DNA of 64,000 bases, from assembly GCA_028713535.1 (NCBI GenBank), contig JAQTOC010000002.1, forward strand, positions 9,090-73,089, read 5' to 3'. Position 1 is the stretch's first letter; every line of letters begins with the position of its first letter. Shown here piece by piece: positions 18,750 to 29,426 of the stretch. This DNA comes from Candidatus Nanoarchaeia archaeon (GTDB lineage: Archaea > Nanobdellota > Nanobdellia > SCGC-AAA011-G17 > JACPNG01). The notes beneath the pieces are model-generated. The model had not been told where the DNA came from, did not search any database, and saw only the letters and a list, made by a program, of their open reading frames with translations. Made by a program: the position numbers and the translations under genes.

Positions 18750-19244
18750 ATGGAATATAAAAATCTCTTTTCATTTAATATTAAATGGAGTTATAAAACC
18801 GTAAGTTTGTTGTTATTTTTAATTTTTCTTCCAAACCTGCTTGGTTTGATTAATATTCCAACAGTTTTCGGATTTAAAATTCATTTTTTTCAGCTAGCTA
18901 TCTTTATTGCCGCTTTGCTTTACGGTCCTAAGGCAGGTCTACTCTCAGGATTGATTGGATCTCTAAATTCAGCTATAGTTATGAATAACCCATATATTAT
19001 TGTAGGAAATGCAATTCTGGGATTTTTCTTTGGCTTGTTCTTAAGAAAAGGATTAAAAACAATATATGCAGTACTTTTAGCTTTTCTAATTCAAATCCCC
19101 TGGCTGGTTTTAACAGATTATTTTTTGCTCGGATTGTCTGTTTCATTTATCCTTACTCTATTAATAGCCTTGTTAATCTCAAACATTGTCTGGGCAGTAA
19201 TAGTAAATTATTCTAAAAAGCCACTGATGGGCATGGTAGAATGA
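18750..19244 (+). CDS. ECF-transporter S-component-like membrane protein
   Basis: About 6 TM segments, AALLYGPKAGLLSG motif. Confidence 0.6.
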   Translation: MEYKNLFSFNIKWSYKTVSLLLFLIFLPNLLGLINIPTVFGFKIHFFQLAIFIAALLYGPKAGLLSGLIGSLNSAIVMNNPYIIVGNAILGFFFGLFLRKGLKTIYAVLLAFLIQIPWLVLTDYFLLGLSVSFILTLLIALLISNIVWAVIVNYSKKPLMGMVE

Positions 19245-19621
19245 TGATTGATTTTAAAATATATTCCTTAGTTTTAATTAAGGAAAATAATGTAATCTTT
19301 TCTTCTAAAGAATCTGGATTAAAACCCCTAGTTGAGTGTATCACTAAAACTAAAAACCAAAAAGATTGTTTGTTGTATGACAAAGTTATCGGGTTGGCTG
19401 CAGCTAAATTAATTGTTTATTCTAAGATTGTTTCTAGAGTAAAAACTCCTTTAGCTTCAATACCCGCAAAAGAATTTCTGGAAAAAAATAAAATAACGTT
19501 AGAGGCAGAAGATATTATTGAAAACATTCTTGATAAAACTAAAACCAGGATTTGTCCAATGGAAGAAAAATCAAAAGTCTTGAGTCCAGAAAACCTTTTT
19601 TTATCCCTAAGATTAAAATAA
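19241..19621 (+). CDS. DUF1893 (TM1506-like) protein
   Basis: GLKPL, DKVIGLAAA, CPME. Confidence 0.8.
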   Translation: MMIDFKIYSLVLIKENNVIFSSKESGLKPLVECITKTKNQKDCLLYDKVIGLAAAKLIVYSKIVSRVKTPLASIPAKEFLEKNKITLEAEDIIENILDKTKTRICPMEEKSKVLSPENLFLSLRLK

Positions 19622-19709
19622 CTCGCTTAACAGGAATTTAATAAGGACTTTACTATATAGTGACAACAGAACAGAAAACTTTATATATAACTGACACTAT
19701 CACGAAGTA

Positions 19710-20168
19710 ATGAAAAAGCCGTTATTTCCTCTGGTATTGGCAATGTTTTTGGTGGTTTTGCCGATAGGGGTGATCTCTTTTGGTAATCCACTCGCCAATG
19801 CCAAAGAAATTAACTCGCCTTCTGACAGGATAAAAATAGATGACCTAACACTTTCTAATGAAAAACTGATAATTAATTATGAAAACATCCATCTTGCCCA
19901 GTTTGAAGACACAAATTCAATGGATCCGGTTTTGGATGACAAATCCATTGGCATCGAGATTGTTCCTGATTATGAAAATGAAATCAATGAAGGAGATATT
20001 GTTGCTTATGAATCAGAATACGGAATAATCATTCATAGGGTAGAAAAAATTTCTTATGATAACGATGGTTGGTACGCAACCATGAAGGGAGATAACAACT
20101 CAGTTTCAGATCCTTACAATGTAAGGTTTGATCAGATAAAATATGTTTTGGTTGGAGTATTATACTAG
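19710..20168 (+). CDS. signal peptidase I family (S26, Ser-His type)
   Basis: TNSMDP, GDIV, IIHRV, KGDNN; N-terminal TM anchor. Confidence 0.75.
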   Translation: MKKPLFPLVLAMFLVVLPIGVISFGNPLANAKEINSPSDRIKIDDLTLSNEKLIINYENIHLAQFEDTNSMDPVLDDKSIGIEIVPDYENEINEGDIVAYESEYGIIIHRVEKISYDNDGWYATMKGDNNSVSDPYNVRFDQIKYVLVGVLY

Positions 20169-20177
20169 GAGGAAAAA

Positions 20178-20294
20178 ATGAAAGAAGTCAGATGTCCAAA
20201 CTGTGGAGCCTTGTACTCTTCAGATGAGAATCTTCCACACGAATTAGTATGCACCTGCCACACAAAGATAAAGGTCGCTCAGTTAAAACACTAG
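20178..20294 (+). CDS. CPxCG zinc-finger microprotein (38 aa), missed by the ORF track
   Basis: GGAGG RBS then MKEVRCPNCGALYSSDENLPHELVCTCHTKIKVAQLKH. Confidence 0.7.
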   Translation: MKEVRCPNCGALYSSDENLPHELVCTCHTKIKVAQLKH

Positions 20295-21065
20295 AACCAT
20301 AACCAAGTAGCCTGTCAGGCATCCAGCAGTTAGAAAAGGCATAGCTGGATAAAATTTCTTTCTTTTTGCAAGCATAAGTAAGATTGTTAATGCTATTGCT
20401 GTAAATATTGGGATTATGAACGCGAAATTTCCATACATACCCATAGCAACTCCAGTAAATAATAATGGAAAACCAATGTCCCCTCCGCCAAGAATCGCAT
20501 TGTCTTTCTTGTAAGGAATGAACAAGCCAGCAAACATTTTTGTTTTAGTCTGGAATTTAGCCAGTTCAATCATGTGTTTTGTTTTCCATACTGCAATCAT
20601 GTCGTATATTGAAATTATTAAGAGAATAATTAATGCCCCCCAGATGTTGAGCATCGGGGAAAATATCGCTGCCAGGGAACCATAAATAAATATCTCTGTG
20701 AAATTATGGATATACACATTATTTTTGAAAGTTCTTAAAAGAGTGAATATCAGTGCTAATCCCAGTGCAAATATTTCTGGGACAAAAGCAGAAAATGAAA
20801 TTGACAATGTAATTAAGATACTGATGAAAAACCAGAACCTCCATATACGATATGCCTTGAACTTTGCCAAAATAAAAATAAATATTGAGGCTAAAACCAG
20901 CATAATAAGAACCTCTGCTGCAGAATATGTTGAACTCACCTCTGGCCTTTCCATGTTATAAGGCAGTTCTTCCTGGATAAAATGTTTTGTTACAACTAAA
21001 CCAACAAACTGTGCAGCCAGAAATAATAAAATTAAAATCAAAGTTATTTTCCAATTATGCTTCAT
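20283..21065 (-). CDS. presenilin/signal-peptide-peptidase-like GxGD intramembrane aspartyl protease
   Basis: YDMIAV, LGGGD, PAMPF motifs; multiple TM segments. Confidence 0.88.
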   Translation of the reverse strand: MKHNWKITLILILLFLAAQFVGLVVTKHFIQEELPYNMERPEVSSTYSAAEVLIMLVLASIFIFILAKFKAYRIWRFWFFISILITLSISFSAFVPEIFALGLALIFTLLRTFKNNVYIHNFTEIFIYGSLAAIFSPMLNIWGALIILLIISIYDMIAVWKTKHMIELAKFQTKTKMFAGLFIPYKKDNAILGGGDIGFPLLFTGVAMGMYGNFAFIIPIFTAIALTILLMLAKRKKFYPAMPFLTAGCLTGYLVMVLVF

Positions 21066-21095
21066 AAAAATAAATTGTTTTATTAATTTAAAAGA

Positions 21096-21605
21096 TTATG
21101 GTTCAGTTTGATTCCTGAATATTCCTTTATACCTTGCTTTTCCATCGGTTTTTTCAAAAATGATCTGGCATATTTTGATTCCAGAATTTAATCTTAAAGG
21201 AACCTTGCCCATATTATTCATTTCAAGAACCTGGTAATTGCTGATGCCTGGCTGCAAAAACGAGGCAGATATATGGACCATCAACCCCAGTCTTGCAAAT
21301 CTGCTTCTTCCTTCTAACCAGCCGCAGATGTTTTCAGCCAAGCTTATTTTTTCCTTTGTTATAGCCAAAATAGTTTCATTTGGTTTTATTATTATGGATT
21401 TTTTCTTTGAAAACTTTGTTAGTTTCTTATAATCAATTTTTTCATCTACGTTATATACTTTTCTTGATTTTTTAAAAGTCCTGAACTTGTCATCTAATGT
21501 TAGGTCTATAGAGCCAGGCCCAACATTGTTTTTGTTAAAAGGATTTATTTTTATGTTCCCTTTCTTAATCTCTTTTAGAATTTCCTCTTTTGTTAAGATT
21601 GACAT
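21096..21605 (-). CDS. dcd: dCTP deaminase
   Basis: PGSIDLTL, EGRSRFARLG, LEM, ICQIIF. Confidence 0.88.
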   Translation of the reverse strand: MSILTKEEILKEIKKGNIKINPFNKNNVGPGSIDLTLDDKFRTFKKSRKVYNVDEKIDYKKLTKFSKKKSIIIKPNETILAITKEKISLAENICGWLEGRSRFARLGLMVHISASFLQPGISNYQVLEMNNMGKVPLRLNSGIKICQIIFEKTDGKARYKGIFRNQTEP

Positions 21606-21822
21606 AATCAACAATTATATCTTTCTGCTTAAATTCCTTTCTGAATCTTCTTTTTCTTACAAAATACACGACTAACACCAAAACGAAGATTATGACTGCG
21701 ACAGCCATTAAAAATATCCAGATGGCTCCGATTGTTAAAGCAATAACCAAGCTAATCAAAAGTATGAAAGGCAATAACAACAAAAATTTAAAAGTTTTGC
21801 TTAAATCCTTGATGAGTTTCAT
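21565..21822 (-). CDS. small membrane protein
   Basis: Long hydrophobic segment; start overlaps the dnaJ stop. Confidence 0.5.
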   Translation of the reverse strand: MKLIKDLSKTFKFLLLLPFILLISLVIALTIGAIWIFLMAVAVIIFVLVLVVYFVRKRRFRKEFKQKDIIVDYVNLNKRGNSKRD

Positions 21823-22940
21823 TCAAACAGCCTCTTAAAAAAATTTTTCCCAGCTTTTAAGTTCACATCTTCTTCCTTTCCCAGGTCTTCAAACAATTCT
21901 TTCTGTTTTTTATTCAATTTCTTTGGGGTTATTACATTTATCCTTACTAAAATATCCCCTGTCCTTGAGGAGTTTAATTCTGGCATGCCTTTTCCTCTCA
22001 ACCTCATAATTGTTCCAGACTGTATTCCATTAGGAATCTTAATTTCAACTTCTTTTTCAAGAGTGGGAATTTTTACTTTGTCTCCGAGTGCAGCCTGGCT
22101 GAAACTGATTGGAACCTCTAAAATTAAATCGTTTCCCTGTCTCTCAAATATTTCATCATCCTCAACTTCAATGTAAACATAAAGATCTCCTGGTTCTTTT
22201 GAATATTTGTTTGGCTCGCCCTCTCCAGGAATTCTTAATCTTGTTCCAGAGTCAACACCGGTAGGAATTTTTATTTTTAGTTCCTGCTCTTCTTCAATTA
22301 ATCCATTATCACAATGCCTGCATTTTTTAATAATCTCTTCCCCCTCGCCTTTGCATCTTGGGCAGTCTCCAACCTGAGTAAAAATTCCAAATGGAGTTCT
22401 TCTTGTAATCCTTACTCTGCCCTGTCCATTGCACTCGCTGCATTTTTTTAGTTCTTCAGCTCCGGTTCCGTTGCATTTTTCACACAAACTTTCCTTGTTT
22501 AACCTAATTCTTTTCTCAACACCATTGGCTGCCTCTTTCAATGTAATTTCCAAATCATATCTTAGGTCTGTTCCTCTGGCTCTTCTCTTGCCTTTATTCC
22601 CAAAAAACATGTCAAAAATGCTTCCTCCAAAAAAGTCTTCAGAATTATTCCCAAATATTTCTGAGAAAATGTCATCAAAGTTAGCCCCCCTGAATATATC
22701 TTCCTGGCTGTATCTCTGGTCAAATCCAGCATGGCCAAACTGATTATATTGGGATCTTTTTTCTTCGTCACTAAGAACTGCATAAGCTTCAGAAATTTCC
22801 TTGAATTTTTCTTCAGCTCCAGATTCTTTGTTCCTGTCTGGATGAAATTTTAGAGCTAGTTTTTTGTATGCTTTTTTGATGTCTTCCTTGCTAGCACTCT
22901 TGCTTACTCCTAAAACTTCATAATAGTCTTTCTTAGCCAT
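21819..22940 (-). CDS. dnaJ: chaperone DnaJ
   Basis: J domain with HPD, G/F region, CxxCxGxG repeats. Confidence 0.97.
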   Translation of the reverse strand: MAKKDYYEVLGVSKSASKEDIKKAYKKLALKFHPDRNKESGAEEKFKEISEAYAVLSDEEKRSQYNQFGHAGFDQRYSQEDIFRGANFDDIFSEIFGNNSEDFFGGSIFDMFFGNKGKRRARGTDLRYDLEITLKEAANGVEKRIRLNKESLCEKCNGTGAEELKKCSECNGQGRVRITRRTPFGIFTQVGDCPRCKGEGEEIIKKCRHCDNGLIEEEQELKIKIPTGVDSGTRLRIPGEGEPNKYSKEPGDLYVYIEVEDDEIFERQGNDLILEVPISFSQAALGDKVKIPTLEKEVEIKIPNGIQSGTIMRLRGKGMPELNSSRTGDILVRINVITPKKLNKKQKELFEDLGKEEDVNLKAGKNFFKRLFE

Positions 22941-23244
22941 ATAAAATCCCTTCTAATTCAGATTTTAAATCTTCCGGAACGTATTTTTGAGTTATATTGT
23001 AAACTAACTCTCTATCAACCCCATAGTCTTTTACCAATGTTCTTAAGACTTTAACTATGGAGGTTCTTTCAGGATGCGAAGCATTGTTTTTCAAGCCCAA
23101 ATAAGCCCATTGTAATACTACTTTATTACTCAAGTTTATGTCTACTTCTGGATGTGCATCTAAGATTTCAAATAAGGGGCTTTTTTCAGATAAAAAAAGA
23201 GGTCTTAAAACCTCATTAATCTGATTCTCACTCTTTATCGTCAT
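22933..23244 (-). CDS. orphan hypothetical protein between dnaK and dnaJ
   Basis: 103-aa ORF overlapping both neighbours. Confidence 0.5.
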   Translation of the reverse strand: MTIKSENQINEVLRPLFLSEKSPLFEILDAHPEVDINLSNKVVLQWAYLGLKNNASHPERTSIVKVLRTLVKDYGVDRELVYNITQKYVPEDLKSELEGILYG

Positions 23245-25054
23245 CTACGACCTCTGCATCAACAACATCGTCTTTGTTTTTCTTCTTTGCTTTTTTGTCT
23301 TTGTTTTCTTTTGGTGCGTTGGCTGCAGCCTGCTGGTACATCTTGACTCCGATTTCTTGGGCTGTCTTTTCAACTTCATGCAGTTTCTTCTTTATTTTTT
23401 CAGTGTCGTCTGTTTTTAATGCATCCTCAAGTTCCTTGATTGCTTTTTCAATTTTTTCCTTTGTTTCTTTGTCTACCTTGTCTCCATATTCCTCAATTAA
23501 CTTGTTTGTTGAATGCACTAATGACTCCGCGTTATTCCTTACTTCAACAGTATCTCTTCTTTTCTTGTCTTCTTCTGCGTTTTTCTCTGCGTCCTTAACC
23601 ATTTTTTCTACATCTTTCTCATCCAGTCTTGAGCCGCCTGTAACTGTAATTTTTTGTTCTTTTCCTGTTGCCAGATCTTTTGCTGAAACATTTACAATCC
23701 CATTTGCGTCAATGTCAAATGTAACTTCAATTTGTGGTATTCCTCTTGGTGCTGGGGGAATCCCCTCCAAATTAAAGCTTCCAAGACTTTTGTTGTCAGC
23801 AGCCATTTCCCTTTCTCCTTGTAATACATTAACTGTCACAGCAGTTTGGTTGTCAGCAGCAGTGCTGAATATCTGGGATTTTCTTGTTGGTATTGTTGTG
23901 TTTCTCTGAATCAATGGAGTTCTTATTCCTCCCAGGGTTTCAATTCCAAGTGTTAATGGAGTAACATCCAATAACAAAATATCTTTTACATCCCCTCCAA
24001 GTATTCCAGCCTGGATTGCTGCTCCCAAAGCAACAGCCTCGTCAGGATGCACAGACTTGTCAGGTTCTTTTCCAGTTATTTCTTTTACAATTTCCTGGAC
24101 CTTTGGAATTCTTGTTGAACCACCAACTAAGATAATCCTGTCAAGATCTTTTGCTTCCAGTTTAGCGTCTTTCAATGCCTGCTTTGTAGGTCCTTTTAAT
24201 TTTTCAAAAATTTCATGGCAAATGCTCTCAAACTTGGCCCTTGTAAGTTTCATTGTTAAATGCTTAGGCCCATTTGAATCCGCAGTAATGAATGGCAGAT
24301 TTATGTCTGTCTGCTGCATAGTGGATAATTCTTTCTTTGCTTTCTCTGCAGCTTCCTTTAATCTCTGCAATGCAGTTGCATCTGCTCTTAGGTCAATCTT
24401 GTGCTCTTTTTTAAATTCCAAAGCAATGTAATCAATTATTGTATCATCAAGGTCATCTCCACCCAATTTATTATTTCCAGATGTGGATTTAACTTCAAAC
24501 ACGCCGTCTCCCAATTCAAGAATTGAAACATCGAATGTTCCACCACCAAAGTCAAAGACTAAAATTGTGTGGTCGTGTTTTTTATCTACACCATAAGCTA
24601 ATGCAGCAGCAGTTGGCTCGTTGACAATTCTTAGTACATTCAAGCCGGCAATTTTTCCAGCATCTTTTGTTGCCTGTCTTTGTGCATCATCAAAATAAGC
24701 AGGAACTGTGATTACAGCATCATTTACCTTAGTTCCTAAATAGGCTTCTGCGTCTGTTTTCATTTTTTGTAGTATCATTGCAGAAATCTGTTCAGGGCTG
24801 TAATGTTTTCCGTCAATGGTTATTTTTTCCCTTTTGCCCATCAATCTTTTGATGGATCTTATAGTATGCTTTGGATTAACTATTGCCTGCCTTCTTGCAG
24901 CATCTCCAACCAAGATTTCATTGTCTTTAATCAAGACTACGCTCGGTGTTATGTTAGAACCTTCTGAATTAGGAATTATTTTTGCCTTGCCAGCTTCCAT
25001 AATAGCAACAGCTGAAAATGTTGTTCCTAGATCAATACCAATTGTTTTACTCAT
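23228..25054 (-). CDS. dnaK: chaperone DnaK (Hsp70)
   Basis: [30 protein letters not shown]. Confidence 0.98.
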   Translation of the reverse strand: MSKTIGIDLGTTFSAVAIMEAGKAKIIPNSEGSNITPSVVLIKDNEILVGDAARRQAIVNPKHTIRSIKRLMGKREKITIDGKHYSPEQISAMILQKMKTDAEAYLGTKVNDAVITVPAYFDDAQRQATKDAGKIAGLNVLRIVNEPTAAALAYGVDKKHDHTILVFDFGGGTFDVSILELGDGVFEVKSTSGNNKLGGDDLDDTIIDYIALEFKKEHKIDLRADATALQRLKEAAEKAKKELSTMQQTDINLPFITADSNGPKHLTMKLTRAKFESICHEIFEKLKGPTKQALKDAKLEAKDLDRIILVGGSTRIPKVQEIVKEITGKEPDKSVHPDEAVALGAAIQAGILGGDVKDILLLDVTPLTLGIETLGGIRTPLIQRNTTIPTRKSQIFSTAADNQTAVTVNVLQGEREMAADNKSLGSFNLEGIPPAPRGIPQIEVTFDIDANGIVNVSAKDLATGKEQKITVTGGSRLDEKDVEKMVKDAEKNAEEDKKRRDTVEVRNNAESLVHSTNKLIEEYGDKVDKETKEKIEKAIKELEDALKTDDTEKIKKKLHEVEKTAQEIGVKMYQQAAANAPKENKDKKAKKKNKDDVVDAEVVDDDKE

Positions 25055-25518
25055 TTTTTTCCTCCCTTGCTAACCTTTACTTTAGCAAACCTTATTACTT
25101 TATCATGAAATTTATACCCAGATTGCAGTTCTTCTGTTACTGTTCCTTCTGGTTTGTCAGAATTTTCCTGCAACAAGGCTTCATGCAGCTCTGGATTAAA
25201 TTTTTCACCCAAAACTTTTATTTTTTGTATGCCTTCTTTTTCAAGAATCTCATTAAATTGGGCATAAATCAATTCAATGCCTTTAATGAAATTCTCCTTG
25301 TCTTTTTGGTTGTTAAATGCTAACTCAAAATTATCAATAACCGGAAGCAACTTAATCATTAATTCTTTATTTCCATAAGTTGCTAGATCTTCTTTCTCTT
25401 TTTCTGTTCTTTTCCTGTAGTTCTCAAATTCTGCCTGCAGTCTTTGTAAGATATCTTTGTATTCGTCAAGCTGTTTTCTTATATCTTCATTGTCTTTATT
25501 CTCTTCTTTCTTTTTCAT
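25051..25518 (-). CDS. grpE: nucleotide exchange factor GrpE
   Basis: [30 protein letters not shown]. Confidence 0.95.
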   Translation of the reverse strand: MKKKEENKDNEDIRKQLDEYKDILQRLQAEFENYRKRTEKEKEDLATYGNKELMIKLLPVIDNFELAFNNQKDKENFIKGIELIYAQFNEILEKEGIQKIKVLGEKFNPELHEALLQENSDKPEGTVTEELQSGYKFHDKVIRFAKVKVSKGGKK

Positions 25519-25537
25519 TTGTTATCACCAAGTTCTT

Positions 25538-25571
25538 GTTGACTTCAAGTCAACGTAGTTTACGTAAACTA
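25538..25571. promoter_or_regulatory. tandem palindromic operator at the grpE-dnaK-dnaJ promoter
   Basis: GTTGACTT-C-AAGTCAAC (25538-25554) and perfect TAGTTTACGTAAACTA (25556-25571) directly downstream of the minus-strand TATA box. Confidence 0.65.
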
Positions 25572-25627
25572 ACTTATATTTAAACCTTTGCCAAAACATT
25601 TATAAATAAAAACATTTTTATAATAGA

Positions 25628-26026
25628 ATGCCTACGTTTCACAAGATAACGATTATAAGAACTTCTAAACCCCATAGTCTTGAGCTAAACCAGGAAATAC
25701 AGTGGATATCTCATTCCCTTGGCTTATTTGGCGACAGAGACAAGGAAAAGTCTTGTTTTAGGGTTTTTATTGAATTGGTTAAAAGCAATAAAGAAGACAA
25801 GATGCTATCCAGTGATGAGCTTGCTGAAAGGTCTAACCTATCTAGGGGAACAGTTATACATCATTTAAACAGGTTAATGGACGCAGGGATAGTTCTAAAC
25901 CACAGGAATAGGTACATGCTAAGGGTTAATAATCTTCAATCTTTAATAAACCAGATCCACAGAGAACTTGATGATTACTTTAGAGATCTAAGAAAGATTG
26001 CCGAAGAGATTGACAATAAGATCTAA
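25628..26026 (+). CDS. winged-HTH transcriptional regulator
   Basis: SSDELAERSNLSRGTVIHHLNRLMDAGIV. Confidence 0.8.
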   Translation: MPTFHKITIIRTSKPHSLELNQEIQWISHSLGLFGDRDKEKSCFRVFIELVKSNKEDKMLSSDELAERSNLSRGTVIHHLNRLMDAGIVLNHRNRYMLRVNNLQSLINQIHRELDDYFRDLRKIAEEIDNKI

Positions 26027-26077
26027 ATTGATGTTACTTTTCCTTTTTCATCTTCTCCCAAGTATATACAAATATAG

Positions 26078-26803
26078 CTACTCAACCAATCCAAACAAGT
26101 AAATAAATACTATCCCCAAAATAAAGAACCCAAAAACAAGCAACGATTTCCTAAAGCTCAACTCTTTCCTTAGCTCAGGAACTAGATCAGAAGCAGAAAT
26201 ATAAATAAAACCGCCAGCAGCAAACGGAATTAAAAACAAGCTTAAGTTACTTGGAAGAAAATATCCAATTAATCCGCCAAGAACAGCAGCCAGAGCAGAA
26301 ACAAAATTCAATAACAACGCCTTGCTTTTTTTAACTCCTGCATAAATCAAAACTCCAAAGTCCCCAATTTCCTGCGGAATCTCATGAAAAATCACAGCTA
26401 TTGTTGTTGTGATTCCTAAAGGGGTATTTACCATAAAGCTTCCGGCAATTATTAACCCATCTATGAAATTATGTATCGAGTCTCCAACCCAACTCATATG
26501 CGCAAAAGTGTGTATATTGCAGTTTTCTTTGTGGCAATGCCTCCAGTGCAGTATTTTTTCAATTAAAAAGAATAAAACAAATCCAATTAAAACAAACAAG
26601 AATACATTCTTTGTTCCTGTTGCAATAGCTTCAGGAATTAAATGCAAAAATGCACCGCCCATCAAAGCGCCAGCAGACAGTGCAACTAGTATTAACAATA
26701 TTTTTTCTAGGACATTATGCTTTAATCCAAGCGTTATAACCCCAATCAATGATATTAAGCTAACAATAAAAGTGCTTAATAATATTAAAATCAAGCTATT
26801 CAT
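26078..26803 (-). CDS. ZIP-family metal (zinc) transporter
   Basis: HNFIDG, HEIPQE, His-rich loop HWRHCH. Confidence 0.92.
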   Translation of the reverse strand: MNSLILILLSTFIVSLISLIGVITLGLKHNVLEKILLILVALSAGALMGGAFLHLIPEAIATGTKNVFLFVLIGFVLFFLIEKILHWRHCHKENCNIHTFAHMSWVGDSIHNFIDGLIIAGSFMVNTPLGITTTIAVIFHEIPQEIGDFGVLIYAGVKKSKALLLNFVSALAAVLGGLIGYFLPSNLSLFLIPFAAGGFIYISASDLVPELRKELSFRKSLLVFGFFILGIVFIYLFGLVE

Positions 26804-26837
26804 TTTGTTTTAATAAACTATGTTATTATAAATCTTT

Positions 26838-27989
26838 CTAACAAAATTCCTTTATCTCAGATTTAAGAATGCTTTTTTCAATCAGCTCTTCCTTGTTTTT
26901 TATTTTATCCTCAATCCTTTTTATAGTCTCTAGCCTTGCTTTTGTCTCAGGGCTTTTTGCAATCATGAAAGAGCAGCAGTCAGGATATGGCTGTATAGAG
27001 TCCTCATAAGTTCCTATTTTCTTTGCTAGGTCAATAACCTCCTCCTTGTTCGTCCCGATTAACGGGGCAAGAACAGGAATTTCAGAAGCATCATAAATGC
27101 ATCTTAGGTTTTCAATTGTCTGGGATGCAACCTGGCCAACACTGTCTCCAGTAACCATAGCTTTAATTTTTTCTTTTTTAGCAATCTCATTTATTATTTT
27201 TATCATGAATCTTCTGTAAATAATCATTCTGCATTCAGAGTTAACAGTCTTAATTAATTCTTTTTGTATGTCTTCAAAAGGAACAGTATATAGTTTAGAT
27301 TTAATTTGTATTTTTGTTAAGGTCTTAACTAAGTTGTCTATCTTTGATAGAACTCCTTGCTGTATTGTTTTATTGTAGATATGGACAAATACAACCTCGC
27401 AGCCTCTTTTCATCATCAAGAAACTTGCAACAGGGCTGTCAATCCCCCCAGATAAAGAGCAAATGATTCTTGCGCTTGAGCCAACAGGCAGACCACCAAC
27501 CCCTTTGATTTTTTTTGTATAAATAAAAACATCTTTGTTGCAAACATTGACGAATAATTCAATGTCAGGATTTTTTAGGTTGACATTCTTTTTGAGGTTC
27601 TCGCATATAAACTCGCCAAGTATCTCGTTTATTTCCTTGGAGTTTTTTTCAAATCTCTTGTCAGATCTTTTGCAGCTGACCTTGAAACTAGAGAATTTTT
27701 CTTTTCCTAACATCTCAATTGAAACCCTTTTGATTTCCTCAATGTCTAACTTTGTTCTTATGCAGTATGAAAAATAAGCTACTCCAGGAACTTTACTTAG
27801 GATTAATGTGATCTCTGTTTCATTATATTCTTTGTTTAGTTCACATAAAACATAACTATAACCTTTGTAAACTTTTTTTACTTTGTTTCCTAAAGTTTTT
27901 TTTATGTTTTCACTAAGTTGTTTTTCAAAGAAGCTTTTGTTCCTTCCTTTAGTTCCTATCTCACTGTAATGAACAACAATGCAATCCAT
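26838..27989 (-). CDS. thiI: tRNA 4-thiouridine synthase ThiI
   Basis: THUMP domain, GGLPVG, SGGIDS PP-loop, GQVASQT, PDCC. Confidence 0.93.
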   Translation of the reverse strand: MDCIVVHYSEIGTKGRNKSFFEKQLSENIKKTLGNKVKKVYKGYSYVLCELNKEYNETEITLILSKVPGVAYFSYCIRTKLDIEEIKRVSIEMLGKEKFSSFKVSCKRSDKRFEKNSKEINEILGEFICENLKKNVNLKNPDIELFVNVCNKDVFIYTKKIKGVGGLPVGSSARIICSLSGGIDSPVASFLMMKRGCEVVFVHIYNKTIQQGVLSKIDNLVKTLTKIQIKSKLYTVPFEDIQKELIKTVNSECRMIIYRRFMIKIINEIAKKEKIKAMVTGDSVGQVASQTIENLRCIYDASEIPVLAPLIGTNKEEVIDLAKKIGTYEDSIQPYPDCCSFMIAKSPETKARLETIKRIEDKIKNKEELIEKSILKSEIKEFC

Positions 27990-28061
27990 AATCTACTCTT
28001 TAATCCTAAATTTAAAAACGTTTCTAGCAAGTTTTATAAGCTATATGCCTTTCTTAAACTT

Positions 28062-28352
28062 ATGGCTCATTATAAGCAGTTATGTGCGATATGCAAAAAA
28101 AACATGGTTCTGATGAGCTTTAGGAAAAAATTTCCAATCTGTGTTGACTGTGAATTAAAGCAGATAGATGGAGAAATTGAGAACCCAAAATTCAAGAAAC
28201 TGTTTGACATTCCAGTAAAGTTTTACAGGGAAAATGATTTTCTGAGGGATATTAAAAAAAAATATTTGATGTATGGCTTTCTGACAGAGAAGCAGATAGC
28301 TGCTTTTAAGAAAACCGTTAAAGAAATGCAAAAGGATTTAAAGAAGGGTTAA
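28062..28352 (+). CDS. hypothetical Zn-binding protein
   Basis: CAIC...CVDC; start reassigned to ATG at 28062 after a TATA box. Confidence 0.65.
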   Translation: MAHYKQLCAICKKNMVLMSFRKKFPICVDCELKQIDGEIENPKFKKLFDIPVKFYRENDFLRDIKKKYLMYGFLTEKQIAAFKKTVKEMQKDLKKG

Positions 28353-28374
28353 TCCTTAGTTAAGGAGGTGTAAA

Positions 28375-28578
28375 ATGTTAAGTACATCAATGATTATTGT
28401 ATTGGTTATCCTTTGTATCTGGGAACTGATAATGAAGGGTATTGCTTTGTGGAAAGCAGCAAGAAACAGCCAAACACCATGGTACGTTTGTATTTTAATC
28501 TTTAATACCATAGGGATATTGCCACTGGTTTACATACTTTTCTTCTCAAATCCAAAAGGGATTAAGAAGGAAAAATAA
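28375..28578 (+). CDS. small membrane protein, DUF5652-like
   Basis: GGAGGTG RBS; KGIALWKAARN..W...NTIGILP. Confidence 0.7.
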   Translation: MLSTSMIIVLVILCIWELIMKGIALWKAARNSQTPWYVCILIFNTIGILPLVYILFFSNPKGIKKEK

Positions 28579-28625
28579 ACTGCAGTAACGAAAACAATTT
28601 AAATAAGAAATAATAAAGGTGTAGC

Positions 28626-28877
28626 ATGAAACTTGTAGTTGATATACAGAACGATAGTTTGACAGATTTGGCCAAGGCAATAAAGCTTCTTGAAAAAGCC
28701 AAATACAATAGGGAAAATAACAGGCCTCTTACAGAAGGATTTGAGGATCTTGGGATTAATGCTCCAAAGCAGGCTGCAAGCTCTAGCGCCTCTATGTCTA
28801 AGGCAGCAGAAGCAGCTAAAAAGCAGCAGGAGTTGATGGGCAAAATCGACCTTTCAACATACTTCTCAAAGGGATGA
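28626..28877 (+). CDS. hypothetical protein
   Basis: AGGTG RBS; 83 aa. Confidence 0.6.
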   Translation: MKLVVDIQNDSLTDLAKAIKLLEKAKYNRENNRPLTEGFEDLGINAPKQAASSSASMSKAAEAAKKQQELMGKIDLSTYFSKG

Positions 28878-29395
28878 AACCTGTAAAACCTAGACCAGTA
28901 AAACTTTTTTGTGGGGTTCTCTACAAAGGAGAAGAGGACATTGAGGCAGCTGTTAAAAAGCTTCAGAAAAAGTTTGGCCCAATCGAACTCATCTCGCCCC
29001 TTTATGATTTTAATTTTACTGATTATTATGAAGAAGAGTTCAGTAATAACTTAAAAAAGAAATTTCTTGTTTTTACTAAATTAATTGACCCAGAAAGTAT
29101 TGCAGACATAAAATTATTCACAAATAAAATCGAACAGAAATATACTAAAAAAGGTAAAAGAATTTTTAATCTTGATCCTGGTTATTTATCACTTGAAAAT
29201 CTGATTTTGCCAAGTGCAAAGCCAAGGCCTCACAGGATTTATCTGAGAAAAGGGATTTATGCAGATCCAGTTTACATATTCACAAAGAACGAGGCCATAG
29301 AATTTAAGCACACATTCCCTGACTTTAAGGAACTTTCTGTTAAGAACTTTTTTGTTGATTTAAGGAAAAAATATCTTGAGCAACTAAAACATTAA
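28874..29395 (+). CDS. DUF4416 family protein
   Basis: TDYYEEE, NLDPGY, HRIYL..GIYA. Confidence 0.8.
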   Translation: MKPVKPRPVKLFCGVLYKGEEDIEAAVKKLQKKFGPIELISPLYDFNFTDYYEEEFSNNLKKKFLVFTKLIDPESIADIKLFTNKIEQKYTKKGKRIFNLDPGYLSLENLILPSAKPRPHRIYLRKGIYADPVYIFTKNEAIEFKHTFPDFKELSVKNFFVDLRKKYLEQLKH

Positions 29396-29426
29396 CTTTA
29401 AATATCTATTTTTTAGATATTAATTC

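Noticed and set aside
26838..27989. Bacterial-like genes (thiI, dus, glmS, sod, dnaK) as evidence of contamination
   Set aside because: They are interleaved with archaeal genes and share codon style and TATA promoters; such transfers are common in archaea
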